From Armatimonadota bacterium (GTDB taxonomy: Bacteria > Armatimonadota > Zipacnadia > Zipacnadales > UBA5352), in the NCBI GenBank assembly GCA_034722055.1, contig JAYENL010000057.1, forward strand, positions 1 through 13,346: DNA of 13,346 nucleotides, read 5' to 3'. Shown in pieces: positions 1 through 9,025 of this stretch; position 1 is the first letter of the stretch, and each line of letters starts with the position of its first letter. Under the pieces are notes generated by a model. That model ran no database searches, was not told the origin of the DNA, and saw nothing but the letters and a program-made list of their open reading frames with translations. A program made the position numbers and the translations under genes.

Positions 1-8
1 CTGATGGT

Positions 9-124
9 CGGGCTGGAAGCCCGTGAGACCGAAGGTCTCCAGTGGGCCGGGGTGGAACCTGCGCGGTCAGTCGCTACCGCTCCTGATCGCGCCCCGCTCG
101 CTTCGCTCGCGGCGGCCCCTCCAT
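9..124. repeat. Cluster of short GC-rich hairpins, REP-like
   Basis: Hairpins CGGGC-TGGAA-GCCCG (9-23), GAGACC-GAA-GGTCTC (25-39) and GCGCGGTCAG/CTGATCGCGC (61-70/83-92, one G-T pair). CGGCCCCTCCAT at 113-124 is identical to 13139-13150 in the right-end tandem repeat. Confidence 0.4.
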
Positions 125-205
125 GGCAGGCACGCGTCCTGTGGGGACGTAGGAAGGTACGCGAACTTCTGCGACTTAGCATTAGCGGCATTCGACATCG
201 CCATC

Positions 206-3200
206 TCAGTGCAGCTCCACCACGTTGTTCACCTCGGTGATCTCCGCCAGCGCGTCCCCGGCGTCCACCATGACCTGCGCGGCGCCGGTGGCGACCAGGG
301 TCACCGTCGCCGTGCTGGGTCTGCAGCTCTCGGGTGCCGGCAGCTCGCCCAGGTCAGCCGAGGCGATGGTCTCTCCTTCGGCGTCGGTGGCCTGAACGGT
401 GATCCCTGTGGGCGCGTCGGCGGCGCCGATGTTGTGCACCCTCACCTGCAGGGCGCCATCCTGCCCCACGACGTCCCGGTCGGCGATGGCCAGGTCGGGG
501 CGCTCCCGGATGTCATCCAGCCGCTCCACCAGCCGGGCCTCGATCACCGTCGTCTCCCCCGGCTGCAGCGTCAGCGCCACCGCCGCATGGCGGAACAGCT
601 CCTGGCGGCGCCGCGTCCGCTGTCCCTCGGCGCGACCGCCGCCATCCTCGTCGATGCCCACCGTGACCTCCCAGAGCCCGTGCGGCAGGCTCCAGGTGCG
701 CATGACCGCCTCGATGGGCCGCTGTGCGAAGGAGTAGGCCATGACCCTCAGGCGCTGGTCAGACCGCTGCGTGACCAGCGTCGCCACATCGGTGCCGATG
801 CCCTCCCAGCTCACTGCGAAGTCCGGGTAGATGGCGCGCACCTCCCCGCCGGTGCCGCCCAGCATGGTGAAGGGCAGCAGGCGGTCGCCGGGGATGTAGG
901 CCCGGTCGGTGTAGGGCTCGGCCTCGGTGATCAGCCACCGCATCCGCTGCAGGTTGCGCACCTGCTCCTGCAGGCCCTCCACCAGGTAGCGCATCTGGCC
1001 CGTCGCCCACCAGGCCCAGTAGTAGCGCAGCTCCGTGTACATGGAGTAGGCCGACCAGCTCCCCTGCTCATCGCTCCCGTTGAGCCGGTGATTGTCCTCG
1101 ATCATCCGCTCGGCCGCCTCGATGACCGCCTCGTCGCGATCCGTCTCGCCCGACAGCACGCGCCAGAGCATGTCCGGCTCGTTGACCGCGCTCGCCTGGT
1201 AGCGGAGGGGCTCGGCGATCGCCGGGTCGCCGGTCCAGTCCCACGCGCCCATCAGCAGGTCCTTGACGTGGGTGATGCCATCGTTCATGTAGGCGCTGCG
1301 GTTCCACCGGTCGGTATAGGGGGCGATCTCGCCGGTCTTCGCGTGGATGTCGAAGGGGATGCCGCCCACGGGCTTGCCCTTCTGGGCGCTCATGGCGGCG
1401 GCGTGCCAGCCCCGCCCCCATTCGCTCAGCCACCCGCGCGGCTGCTCGCTGGCCGAGTACCACGCGGCGTAGAAGCCCGGCTTGCAGGCGTAGGTGGTGG
1501 TGGCGTGGTCGAAGTCCTTCCCCTCGCTGTCATCGATGTCAGTGGCGTTGAACATGTATGAGCGGAAGTGCCGGTGGCCGTGCTCGTTGACCAGCGTCCA
1601 CCACTGCATGTTCTCGATCATCCTCATGCAGCGCTCCACGTAGAGCGGGTCGCCGTAGTCCAGCAGCATCATGAAGGGCTGTGAGAGGGTCACGTACTCC
1701 GCGGCGTGCTCGGCGTCCATGGTCCGGGGGCTGTAGCCGCCATCGCCCACCACATCCCAGATGCCCTCCGCGATCAGCGCCAGCGAATCCCGCACCGCCT
1801 CATCGCCGGTCACCAGCGGCAGGAATGCCCACTCGCAGGACAGCTCAGTGTCATCGGCCCACATGCCCCCCAGCTCACCGGTGGAGACCTGTCGGTTGTC
1901 GATCCACCAGTGCACGACCTCCGCGTAGCGGCGCAGCAGCTCCCGCTGCCACACCGCCCAGTCGGGAGCGTCGGCCGGGCCCGGGCGTTGCAGATCCACC
2001 CGCGCCCGGGTGCGCAGAGCGCGATGCTCCATGTGCGCGGCGACCTCGTTGCCGGGGTCCAGCGCCTGAACCTCCCGAACCAGCCGCACCAGAGCCATGG
2101 CCTCCCGGTCCTCGGCTCCATCGTAGACGTGGGCCTCACTGCACTGGGAGTAGGCCCGGCGCAGTATGCGCTCCAGGTCCGGGAGGTACTCCGCCAGCGC
2201 GTCCTCGACGGGCATCTTCACGGCCTGCACCGCGCATGACCCCAACCGCAGCGTCTCATCCGCCAGCGGCGTGATCCGCAGCCACAGGCGCTCCCCGGGG
2301 CGGATCAGCATGTCAGGGATATCCACCTCCAGCTCCGCGACGGCCTCGCCGCCGTCTGGGATCAGCGGCGCCGCCACGCGGAAGAGGTCGCGGAGATCCA
2401 CGTTCGGCGGGGACTTCAGGCCCGATGCATAGCGCCCGGTCAGCACCCTGTCACCGATGTGGATGTAGCGAACGCTGCGGTCCCGGATGTTCGGCGACAG
2501 CAGCGCCACCTCCACCGCCCGGCCCGGCTCCCCGCCCTCGCAGGCGATGCGCAGTCGGAGACCGTCGAGGCCGGTCGCGCTCTCGTAGGCAGGGGAGACG
2601 ACGTCCAGCGTGCGTCCGCCCTCGAGCGCCAAGCCGGCATCACCATCGCCGCCCACCAGCGCCAGCCGGGAGGACCCGGCCCGCTCCAGGATCTCAGCGA
2701 AGCCCTCCGGCGGAGCCTCCGCCAGGGCCAGACCCGGTCCGGACGCCGCCTCCGGGGGTGGCCCGAGGTCGAAGAATTGCACCTCGTTGAGCGCGATGCT
2801 CTCCTCCTCCGGGCGCTTGTGGAGGCGCAGGCGCAGCCGGCGGGTCACCACCGGCTCCATGGTGGCTCCCAGCAGCGTGCGGGAGTCGTTTCGCAGCTCC
2901 GCCACGTGGCGCCAGTCGCCGTCGGCCTCGGCGAAGAGCGTGGCGCGCTCCAGCGGCTGCGACACGGTGTGTATCAGCACGAAGCTCACCCGCTCGGGCC
3001 GATGCAGGGTGAAGTCGAAGTCCACCTCCGTGCGCCGGTTGGGGCGTTCGTGGTAGGGGCTCATGGTGGCGACCGTGTCCACCTTACCGTCGAAGGGCCG
3101 GTCCATCCAGCCCGGCAGTCGCAGCAGCGCGAAGGAGCGGCAGTCCGCCACCCGGATAACGCGCAGCGACCGGCCGTGCAGGGCATGGATCGCGCCCGGA

Positions 3201-3727
3201 TCGATCGATGCCAGGCGACTCGTAGGCACCATGCTGAGCTGGTCGAAGTCGAACCAGTCCGTGGTCTGGTAGGGCCCGTCCACGACCACCTGGAGGCGCG
3301 TGCAGCCCTCGGGGATGGAGATGAGGTGCGTGAAGCGCGACCACTCGGCGCTGGCGTGGTGGCGGAGGTCGCTGTTGCCGCGCACCTTCCGCCCTTCATC
3401 ATCCAGCCAGCGCAGCACGAGGCGGCCGCTGAGAGGCGGCTCGCCCGGCGGCCGGCGCGTGTACCCGCTGATCCGGAACATCTCCCCCGGCTCGACGGCG
3501 ATCTCCTGGCGCAGGCCGTTGTGGTAGCGCACCCGCACGCCGTGGCCCTCCCGCGCGTCGTCGCCGGAGAGCACCTGAAGTCCCTCGTCCACCTGCCATC
3601 CCGCCGGCAGGCCCTCACCGGTCAGCTCATCGAAGCCGGGGTTCGCCAGCATCTCCTCCTGCGCCGCACATGGCGCCGCACCACTCAGCGATAGCACGAC
3701 CGCCGTCAGCACGCTCGCCGCTCGCAT
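206..3727 (-). CDS. Large secreted multidomain protein (~1173 aa): signal peptide, CBM4/9-like domain, discoidin/F5-8-like beta-sandwich, helical putative catalytic core, C-terminal CARDB-like Ig domain
   Basis: Long ORF. ATG at 3727 (GTG at 3730 also possible) with GGAG at 3741-3738. N-terminus MRAASVLTAVVLSLSGAAPCAAQ looks like a Sec signal. 'MLANPGFDE...PAGW...FDFDQLSM' is CBM4/9-like. 'PFDGKVDT...TRRLRLRL...ALNEVQFF' is F5/8-like. 'RPDLAI...VHNIGAADA...VDAGDALAEITEVNN' is CARDB-like. Domain calls were made by eye, not by HMM. Confidence 0.85.
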   Translation of the reverse strand: MRAASVLTAVVLSLSGAAPCAAQEEMLANPGFDELTGEGLPAGWQVDEGLQVLSGDDAREGHGVRVRYHNGLRQEIAVEPGEMFRISGYTRRPPGEPPLSGRLVLRWLDDEGRKVRGNSDLRHHASAEWSRFTHLISIPEGCTRLQVVVDGPYQTTDWFDFDQLSMVPTSRLASIDPGAIHALHGRSLRVIRVADCRSFALLRLPGWMDRPFDGKVDTVATMSPYHERPNRRTEVDFDFTLHRPERVSFVLIHTVSQPLERATLFAEADGDWRHVAELRNDSRTLLGATMEPVVTRRLRLRLHKRPEEESIALNEVQFFDLGPPPEAASGPGLALAEAPPEGFAEILERAGSSRLALVGGDGDAGLALEGGRTLDVVSPAYESATGLDGLRLRIACEGGEPGRAVEVALLSPNIRDRSVRYIHIGDRVLTGRYASGLKSPPNVDLRDLFRVAAPLIPDGGEAVAELEVDIPDMLIRPGERLWLRITPLADETLRLGSCAVQAVKMPVEDALAEYLPDLERILRRAYSQCSEAHVYDGAEDREAMALVRLVREVQALDPGNEVAAHMEHRALRTRARVDLQRPGPADAPDWAVWQRELLRRYAEVVHWWIDNRQVSTGELGGMWADDTELSCEWAFLPLVTGDEAVRDSLALIAEGIWDVVGDGGYSPRTMDAEHAAEYVTLSQPFMMLLDYGDPLYVERCMRMIENMQWWTLVNEHGHRHFRSYMFNATDIDDSEGKDFDHATTTYACKPGFYAAWYSASEQPRGWLSEWGRGWHAAAMSAQKGKPVGGIPFDIHAKTGEIAPYTDRWNRSAYMNDGITHVKDLLMGAWDWTGDPAIAEPLRYQASAVNEPDMLWRVLSGETDRDEAVIEAAERMIEDNHRLNGSDEQGSWSAYSMYTELRYYWAWWATGQMRYLVEGLQEQVRNLQRMRWLITEAEPYTDRAYIPGDRLLPFTMLGGTGGEVRAIYPDFAVSWEGIGTDVATLVTQRSDQRLRVMAYSFAQRPIEAVMRTWSLPHGLWEVTVGIDEDGGGRAEGQRTRRRQELFRHAAVALTLQPGETTVIEARLVERLDDIRERPDLAIADRDVVGQDGALQVRVHNIGAADAPTGITVQATDAEGETIASADLGELPAPESCRPSTATVTLVATGAAQVMVDAGDALAEITEVNNVVELH

Positions 3728-3768
3728 CACTCTCACACTCCACGGTCATCGAGTCACGCCGGGCTGGC

Positions 3769-3796
3769 CTTCGCTCGACGCCCCACCCTGACCTTC
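3769..3796 (-). promoter_or_regulatory. sigmaH-like promoter motif GAAGGT-N18-GAAG for the 206-3727 gene
   Basis: Minus strand reads GAAGGT cagggtggggcgtcgagc GAAG, ending 41 nt before the ATG. The same motif precedes all seven genes. Confidence 0.65.
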
Positions 3797-3818
3797 GCAT
3801 CAGTGCCACCCCGCACCG

Positions 3819-3846
3819 GCAGGTCTGCGAGTACGCCCGGACGAAG
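3819..3846 (+). promoter_or_regulatory. sigmaH-like promoter motif GCAGGT-N18-GAAG for the 3868-7020 gene
   Basis: GCAGGT ctgcgagtacgcccggac GAAG, 21 nt before ATG 3868. It sits back-to-back with the minus-strand motif at 3769-3796. Confidence 0.65.
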
Positions 3847-3867
3847 CGGCACCCGGAGGTGACGCTC

Positions 3868-6800
3868 ATGCGCGCGCGCAAGCTCAGTCTCTGCGCGACA
3901 GTCCTTCTGCTCCTCCTGGCGGCTCAGGCCGCATTCGGGCAGTGCCGGCTGGACCTCCCGGAGGGCATCCTCGCCAGCCGCCGCATCGAGCTGCGCCTCC
4001 CACAGGTCGGCGAGGGCTGCAACGTGGCGCTGGTCCGGAGCGGGACGGTCATCTCGCCGCGGCACTGGTACTACTGCGGCTCCGGGGACATGCAGAGGGG
4101 CAGGCGCGCCTTTCGCTCCAACGGCGAGGTGCTGGCCGTGGACGCGCTGCAGAGCGGTCCCGAGGAGGCGGCGGTCCGCATCACGTGCCTGACCGACCTT
4201 GCCGAGGAGCCGGACGTGGGCACCTTCACGATGACCTATCGCCTGCAGCGCGGCTCGCCGGCGGTGCTCCACGAGATGACCTTCACGCCCAAGGCCCCGC
4301 TGGCCCTCAGGGGCTACGAGTTCTTCGTGGCCACCGAGGAGGCATCCGCCCGGACCCACCGGCTGCATCACTACCGGGACCCCGGGGCGCTGAGCGCCAT
4401 GCCGGCGGAGACCAACGCGGCCTACGCCCGCATTCCGCTGGCTCAGGACCCACCCTTCGCCGCCCTGGAGAGCCTGCAGACGGGCGTGCTCCTGGCGGTC
4501 GGCGTGCCCCCGGCGGATGTCACCAACTTCATGTACTGCATCGACTTCACGCGCTTCGAGGTCAGCCGCAGCGGCGGGTATGTCACCCCAGTGCAGCCGC
4601 TGCGGGACTTCGCCCTCATCGGCGCGGGGGAGGACCTCCAGGAGCTGGCGGGGCTGTATTCCGAGATGCTGGCGAGCGTGGAGCGCCCCGCCCGCAACGC
4701 CGAGCCGCCGCTGCCCACGCCGGATCTGCGCGCCGCCCCGCCGCCGCATGTCTTCGACGTCGGCGCACGTGCCCAGGAGGCCCGGGCGGCGGTGGCGGTC
4801 GGCGACCTCCGCGCCACCGTCGATCCCCGGACCGGCGCGCTCCGGCAGCTCGAGACCCCGGCCGGTCCGATGCTCTCGGCGCCGGGCGGAATCGAGATCA
4901 TGCAGTGGCCGGATCGGGAGCTCATCGGCCCGGAGGGCGCCGTCAGCGGGATGCGCGCCGACCAGAACGCGCTCTCATGGCGGTGGAGCGCCGGGCGGCT
5001 CACCGCCCGGCACGCCCTGGTCGCGGAGGGCCGTGACCTCGGCTGGACGATGGAGCTGCGCAACGAGGCCGACCAGCAGCGCCTGCTGGAGGTCCGCCTG
5101 GCGCTGCCGCTGGCGCTGGGCGGCGGCGACGCCTGGCTGTGGGACGGGATGCGCCTGATAGCCCTCGCGCAGGGAGAGGCCCACCACGAGAACACCACGC
5201 TGGTGCCCGGCGGCATCCAGTCACAGGGCATCTTCCCCGCGGTCTGCGCGCACAGCGCCGAGGCCGGCGTGGCGCTCGGGATGCAGCCCATGCACATCGA
5301 GTCCTTCTACGGCTCGCGGCTGCAGCGCACCGACGGTGGCGACCCGACCCTGTCCTACGTCGTGCGCTGGGCGCTCCCGGCCGGTGAGAGGCGCACCGCT
5401 CGGTTCGTGCTCTACGCCATCGACCCCAGGTGGAGCTGGCGGAGCTGCGTGCAACGCTACTGGGAGGCCTGGCCGGAGGTTTTCGCCGCCCCGGAGCGCG
5501 ACGATGTGTGGGGACTCTACTCGGCCAGCAGCCCCGCCTTCGTGCACAACCAGGGCGATATCTTCATCGAACGCTGCCGGCGTCTCCGCGTGGGCGCCAT
5601 GGAGCTCTACGCGCCCTTCGCGAAAACGGGCGACTTCTACCCGGACGAGGAGCCCGTCTACCTCAAAGGAGAGCTGCGCACCCGCGAGGAGATGCGCGCC
5701 GTCCAGGAGACCGCCAACATCGCCTCCTGCAACATCTCCTACGTCATCCCCACCAAGTGCGAGCGCGAGATGGCGCGGAGCACCTATGCGGACTCGGTCA
5801 TCCGCCTCGCCGACGGCTCCATGTTCATGCTCGACCGGTGGGATGTGATGGGCGGCGGGCGCGAGAAGCTGGCCGGGATGTTCGCTTGGGGCGACTCCTT
5901 CGGCGAGAGCCTGCGCCAGGACGTGCGGCAGATCGTCGAGAGCTACCGCCCCGACGGCTTCTACTTCGACAACGGGGCCTTCGTCTGGCAGGATTACGGG
6001 CGGGAGAGCCCCTGGATGGCCTTCGACGACGAGGGGCGCGTCTACACCAACGCCGGCATCCCCTACGCGAAGCTGCAGGACGACCTGCAGCAGTTCGCGC
6101 CGCACATACACCGCAACCCGGGTGAGTTCATCCAGTACTTCAGCGGCTTCCGCGGCCACTCGCACCTCACCAACATCGTCGGCTCGCAGCAGCACTACGT
6201 GCGCTCGCACCGGCTGATCATGGGGTACAAGCCGATCTACCTGGGACACCCGAATCGCATCGGCTCCCGCGATGCCCTCTATGACTTTCTGGAGCTGGGC
6301 GGGCTGCCATGGCTGGTGGGGACGCGCGCCAGCGGCGAGCGACTCGCCCAGGCATGGGCGCCGATCGCCATCGCGCTGGCGAGGGCCGGCTGGCGACCGA
6401 TCACGAACGCCGTCGCCGATGGCCTTGATGTGCGCGTGGAGCGCTTCGGCCAGGCCGATGGCACCATGCTGACGGTGCGCAACCTCTCCAGCAGTCCCAT
6501 CAGGGCCGCCGTCACCGTGCTCGGGGAGCTCCCCGGCCTCGGCGACTTCCTGCAGCGGAAGAACCTGGAGCCGGTCGTCGCGGACGGCCGCACCACCGTT
6601 CGCGTGGCGCTGGAGGGGCGCGAGATGGCCTTCCTGGCGGCCACGCCGCCGGATCCGCCGCGGGACGACTGGCCGCCGGCAAGCTTCCTGGCCGACGCCG
6701 AGCCGGTGAGCATCGTCATCCCCGCGCAGCCCTCCGACGCGGAGCGGCGCATGGCCCGCCGCGTGCGGGGCTTCGTGCAGCTCCAGGCCCAGCTTCTCGA

Positions 6801-7020
6801 GCGAGAGCCGACCGTGGAGATCGTCGAGGGCGGAGAGGCGGCCTATCCCGCGCGATTCGTCATCCAGGAGAGGGAGGGCCCGGCGCGATTGCAGGCACCG
6901 GACGCCGGCACGCTGGAGCTGCACTTCGCGGACGAGACCGAGGGCGCGAGCCTTCTGTCGGACTTCCTCGACACCATCGCGGAGCCGATGTCCAAGGAGC
7001 CCGCCCGCTGGCTGCCGTGA
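3868..7020 (+). CDS. Large secreted protein (~1050 aa), putative glycoside hydrolase with a TIM-barrel-like core; family unassigned
   Basis: GGAGGT RBS at 3855-3860 before ATG 3868. Signal peptide MRARKLSLCATVLLLLLAAQAAFGQ. 'YRPDGFYFDN' resembles the DG-x-Y-x-D nucleophile motif of clan-D-like GH barrels. The C-terminal 'VSIVIPAQPSDAERRMARRV' resembles the GH20/GH67 accessory alpha/beta domain. Confidence 0.8.
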   Translation: MRARKLSLCATVLLLLLAAQAAFGQCRLDLPEGILASRRIELRLPQVGEGCNVALVRSGTVISPRHWYYCGSGDMQRGRRAFRSNGEVLAVDALQSGPEEAAVRITCLTDLAEEPDVGTFTMTYRLQRGSPAVLHEMTFTPKAPLALRGYEFFVATEEASARTHRLHHYRDPGALSAMPAETNAAYARIPLAQDPPFAALESLQTGVLLAVGVPPADVTNFMYCIDFTRFEVSRSGGYVTPVQPLRDFALIGAGEDLQELAGLYSEMLASVERPARNAEPPLPTPDLRAAPPPHVFDVGARAQEARAAVAVGDLRATVDPRTGALRQLETPAGPMLSAPGGIEIMQWPDRELIGPEGAVSGMRADQNALSWRWSAGRLTARHALVAEGRDLGWTMELRNEADQQRLLEVRLALPLALGGGDAWLWDGMRLIALAQGEAHHENTTLVPGGIQSQGIFPAVCAHSAEAGVALGMQPMHIESFYGSRLQRTDGGDPTLSYVVRWALPAGERRTARFVLYAIDPRWSWRSCVQRYWEAWPEVFAAPERDDVWGLYSASSPAFVHNQGDIFIERCRRLRVGAMELYAPFAKTGDFYPDEEPVYLKGELRTREEMRAVQETANIASCNISYVIPTKCEREMARSTYADSVIRLADGSMFMLDRWDVMGGGREKLAGMFAWGDSFGESLRQDVRQIVESYRPDGFYFDNGAFVWQDYGRESPWMAFDDEGRVYTNAGIPYAKLQDDLQQFAPHIHRNPGEFIQYFSGFRGHSHLTNIVGSQQHYVRSHRLIMGYKPIYLGHPNRIGSRDALYDFLELGGLPWLVGTRASGERLAQAWAPIAIALARAGWRPITNAVADGLDVRVERFGQADGTMLTVRNLSSSPIRAAVTVLGELPGLGDFLQRKNLEPVVADGRTTVRVALEGREMAFLAATPPDPPRDDWPPASFLADAEPVSIVIPAQPSDAERRMARRVRGFVQLQAQLLEREPTVEIVEGGEAAYPARFVIQEREGPARLQAPDAGTLELHFADETEGASLLSDFLDTIAEPMSKEPARWLP

Positions 7021-7030
7021 TGCACTTCAG

Positions 7031-7044
7031 CCCGTCAGGACGGG
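7031..7044. terminator. Small hairpin between convergent genes
   Basis: CCCGT-CAGG-ACGGG in the 31-bp gap between the stops at 7020 and 7052. No U-tract. Confidence 0.3.
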
Positions 7045-7051
7045 AACAGCC

Positions 7052-8767
7052 TTACTCCCTCGTCACGTAGACGTAGTACGCGCCGCGCTTCTCGCCGTCG
7101 GCGTCGAGGAACCAGGCGTCAAGCTGGCCCTCACACGGCTGCAGGTCCGCCTCGAAGGTCACAGACTCCGCCCCGGCCGGCACCTCCACCGTGGCCTCGA
7201 AGTCGCCCACCGAGATGCGGGCGCTCGTCGGCGCGATACGCGTGCCGCCGCCTGCCTGGGGCGCGGTGCCGAAGGGCGCGATCTTCGCGTGTTCGTCCGG
7301 CAGTCCCCCATCGATGGGCACGCCGATCTCCTTCGGCCAGCGCTGCAGCTCGAACCTGTAGTGGCCGGCCTGCTCCACCCTCACAGCCCAGCGGCCCGTG
7401 GACCTCTGAGCGGCCTTGATGTGCCCCTGATTCCACGCCACGTCGCCGAGCACGTCCATGGCGTTCAGCCGCGTGGGATTCTCCTCGTCCGCCCCCAGGC
7501 TGATGGGGCAGTACTGATCCAGCAGCGGCCGGACCTGGTCCCACCACCGCTCCTGCGCCAGCCGCAGCCGACGCACGATGCCGGGATAGTGCTCGGCCAC
7601 GTCGCGGCGCTGGCCGGGGTCGGCCGGCATGTAGTACAGCTCCTCCCCGCCGACCAGCCGCCACAGGCGCGTCATCACTGCGTTCTCCCACATTTGGGGG
7701 GGATTGGTGTTCTGGCGGTACTGGACGAAGATCTCGCGGTCGGGCAGGCTCATCCGCTCGCCGCGCAGCAGCGGCGCCACCGAGATGCCGTCGAAGGGCC
7801 TGTGGTCCGGCTCGTCGAGCCCGCAGAGGTCGATGAAGGTGGGCAGCAGATCCATGTGCGTGACCAGCTCGCGGACGTCGCCGGCGGTAATGCCGCCCGC
7901 CGGCCAGCGAATAAAGAATGGAACGCGATGGCCGCCGTCGTAGTAGGAGCCCTTGCGGCCGCGCATGCCGGCGTTGTAGCCCATGCCGGACTGCTCGCGC
8001 CACCCGCCGGAGGAGCCGTTGTCGGTCATGAAGATCAGGATGGTGTCCTCCGCCAGGCCCAGGTGATGCAGCAGCCTCGTCAGCCGGGCCCAGTTCTCAT
8101 CGATGTTGGTGATCATGCCGTAGAACTCGGGCTCGGGGATCTCGGGGGTGCCGCGGTAGAGGTCGGCGTACTCGTCGGCCACCAGGTAGGGGGAGTGCGG
8201 GGCGTTGGTGGCCAGGTAGCAGAAGAAGGGCTCATCGCGGCTCTCCTCGATGAAGGCCATGGCCTCGTCGAACCAGATGTCGGTGCAGTAGCCCTCATGC
8301 TCGACGGGCTGAGAGTTGTGGAAGTAGGTGTCATCGAAGTAGTCGTTGCCCCAGAAGTCCGGGGTCTGCCCCACGCCCCCGCCCTTGTGCGCCACCACCG
8401 TCTCGAAGCCTCGGTCCTGCGGGCGGTAGGGGTAGTTGTCGCCCAGGTGCCACTTGCCGAACATCCCCGTGCGGTAGCCGTTGTGCGCGAAGACGTCGGC
8501 CATGGTGGTCTCGTCGCCGCGCAGGATCGACCGCCCCCAGCAGGTGGCCCAGGCGCCGTTGCGCAGCGGGTTGCGGCCGGACATGATGGCCCCGCGGGTG
8601 GGCGTGCACAGCGGGGAGACGTGGAAGTCCGGGCAGCGCGTGGACTGCACGAAGAACTCGTCGAGATTCGGGGTCCGGATCCAGGGGTTGCCGGTGCATC
8701 CCAGATCACCGTAGCCCTGGTCGTCGGTCATGACGAGGATCACGTTCGGTCGCTGTGCGGCGCTCAT
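7052..8767 (-). CDS. Arylsulfatase (S1 family, Cys-type, formylglycine-dependent), ~571 aa, no signal peptide
   Basis: GGAGGT RBS before ATG 8767. Motifs RPNVILVMTDDQGYGD, CTPTRGAIMSGR (CxPxR), GYRTGMFGKWHLG, PFFCYLATNAPH, IFMTDNG and KGSYYDGGHRVPF. Confidence 0.95.
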   Translation of the reverse strand: MSAAQRPNVILVMTDDQGYGDLGCTGNPWIRTPNLDEFFVQSTRCPDFHVSPLCTPTRGAIMSGRNPLRNGAWATCWGRSILRGDETTMADVFAHNGYRTGMFGKWHLGDNYPYRPQDRGFETVVAHKGGGVGQTPDFWGNDYFDDTYFHNSQPVEHEGYCTDIWFDEAMAFIEESRDEPFFCYLATNAPHSPYLVADEYADLYRGTPEIPEPEFYGMITNIDENWARLTRLLHHLGLAEDTILIFMTDNGSSGGWREQSGMGYNAGMRGRKGSYYDGGHRVPFFIRWPAGGITAGDVRELVTHMDLLPTFIDLCGLDEPDHRPFDGISVAPLLRGERMSLPDREIFVQYRQNTNPPQMWENAVMTRLWRLVGGEELYYMPADPGQRRDVAEHYPGIVRRLRLAQERWWDQVRPLLDQYCPISLGADEENPTRLNAMDVLGDVAWNQGHIKAAQRSTGRWAVRVEQAGHYRFELQRWPKEIGVPIDGGLPDEHAKIAPFGTAPQAGGGTRIAPTSARISVGDFEATVEVPAGAESVTFEADLQPCEGQLDAWFLDADGEKRGAYYVYVTRE

Positions 8768-8816
8768 GGGACTGACCTCCCGCCCGGAATCTGAGGCACT
8801 GTGCGTGCGCGCCACT

Positions 8817-8844
8817 TTTCGCCGCCGACGCCATCGGCTCCTGC
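8817..8844 (-). promoter_or_regulatory. sigmaH-like promoter motif GCAGGA-N18-GAAA for the sulfatase
   Basis: Minus strand reads GCAGGA gccgatggcgtcggcggc GAAA, 49 nt before ATG 8767. Confidence 0.65.
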
Positions 8845-8951
8845 CCGGCGCCAATTCACCGCGCCGCCGAGCAGAACGGCGGCTTTCGCCGGGGCCCCGC
8901 ATGTGCAACGTCGGTGGCAGACGCAGTTGGCGGAAGAAAAGCGCGCGTGAA

Positions 8952-8979
8952 GAAGGTCCTCGGAACTATAATGTCGAAG
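8952..8979 (+). promoter_or_regulatory. sigmaH-like promoter motif GAAGGT-N18-GAAG for prepilin gene 1
   Basis: GAAGGT cctcggaactataatgtc GAAG, 46 nt before ATG 9026. Confidence 0.65.
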
Positions 8980-8980
8980 A

Positions 8981-9000
8981 AGATATACAGATGTGTATCT
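8981..9000. promoter_or_regulatory. AT-rich palindrome, candidate repressor operator
   Basis: AGATATACA-GA-TGTGTATCT (8 of 9 positions complementary), immediately downstream of the predicted -10 box. Confidence 0.5.
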
Positions 9001-9025
9001 CAATATCACTGGTGAGAGGTGCACT

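Noticed and set aside
23..8794. Long overlapping ORFs such as 23-1561(+), 2459-3694(+), 5221-6924(-) and 7289-8794(+)
   Set aside because: They are antisense shadows of real high-GC genes, with no recognisable motifs.
8967..8972. Perfect TATAAT as a sigma70 -10 box
   Set aside because: There is no TTGACA-like -35 at 16-18 nt and no extended TG. It lies in the spacer of the motif shared by all seven genes. A secondary promoter is not excluded.
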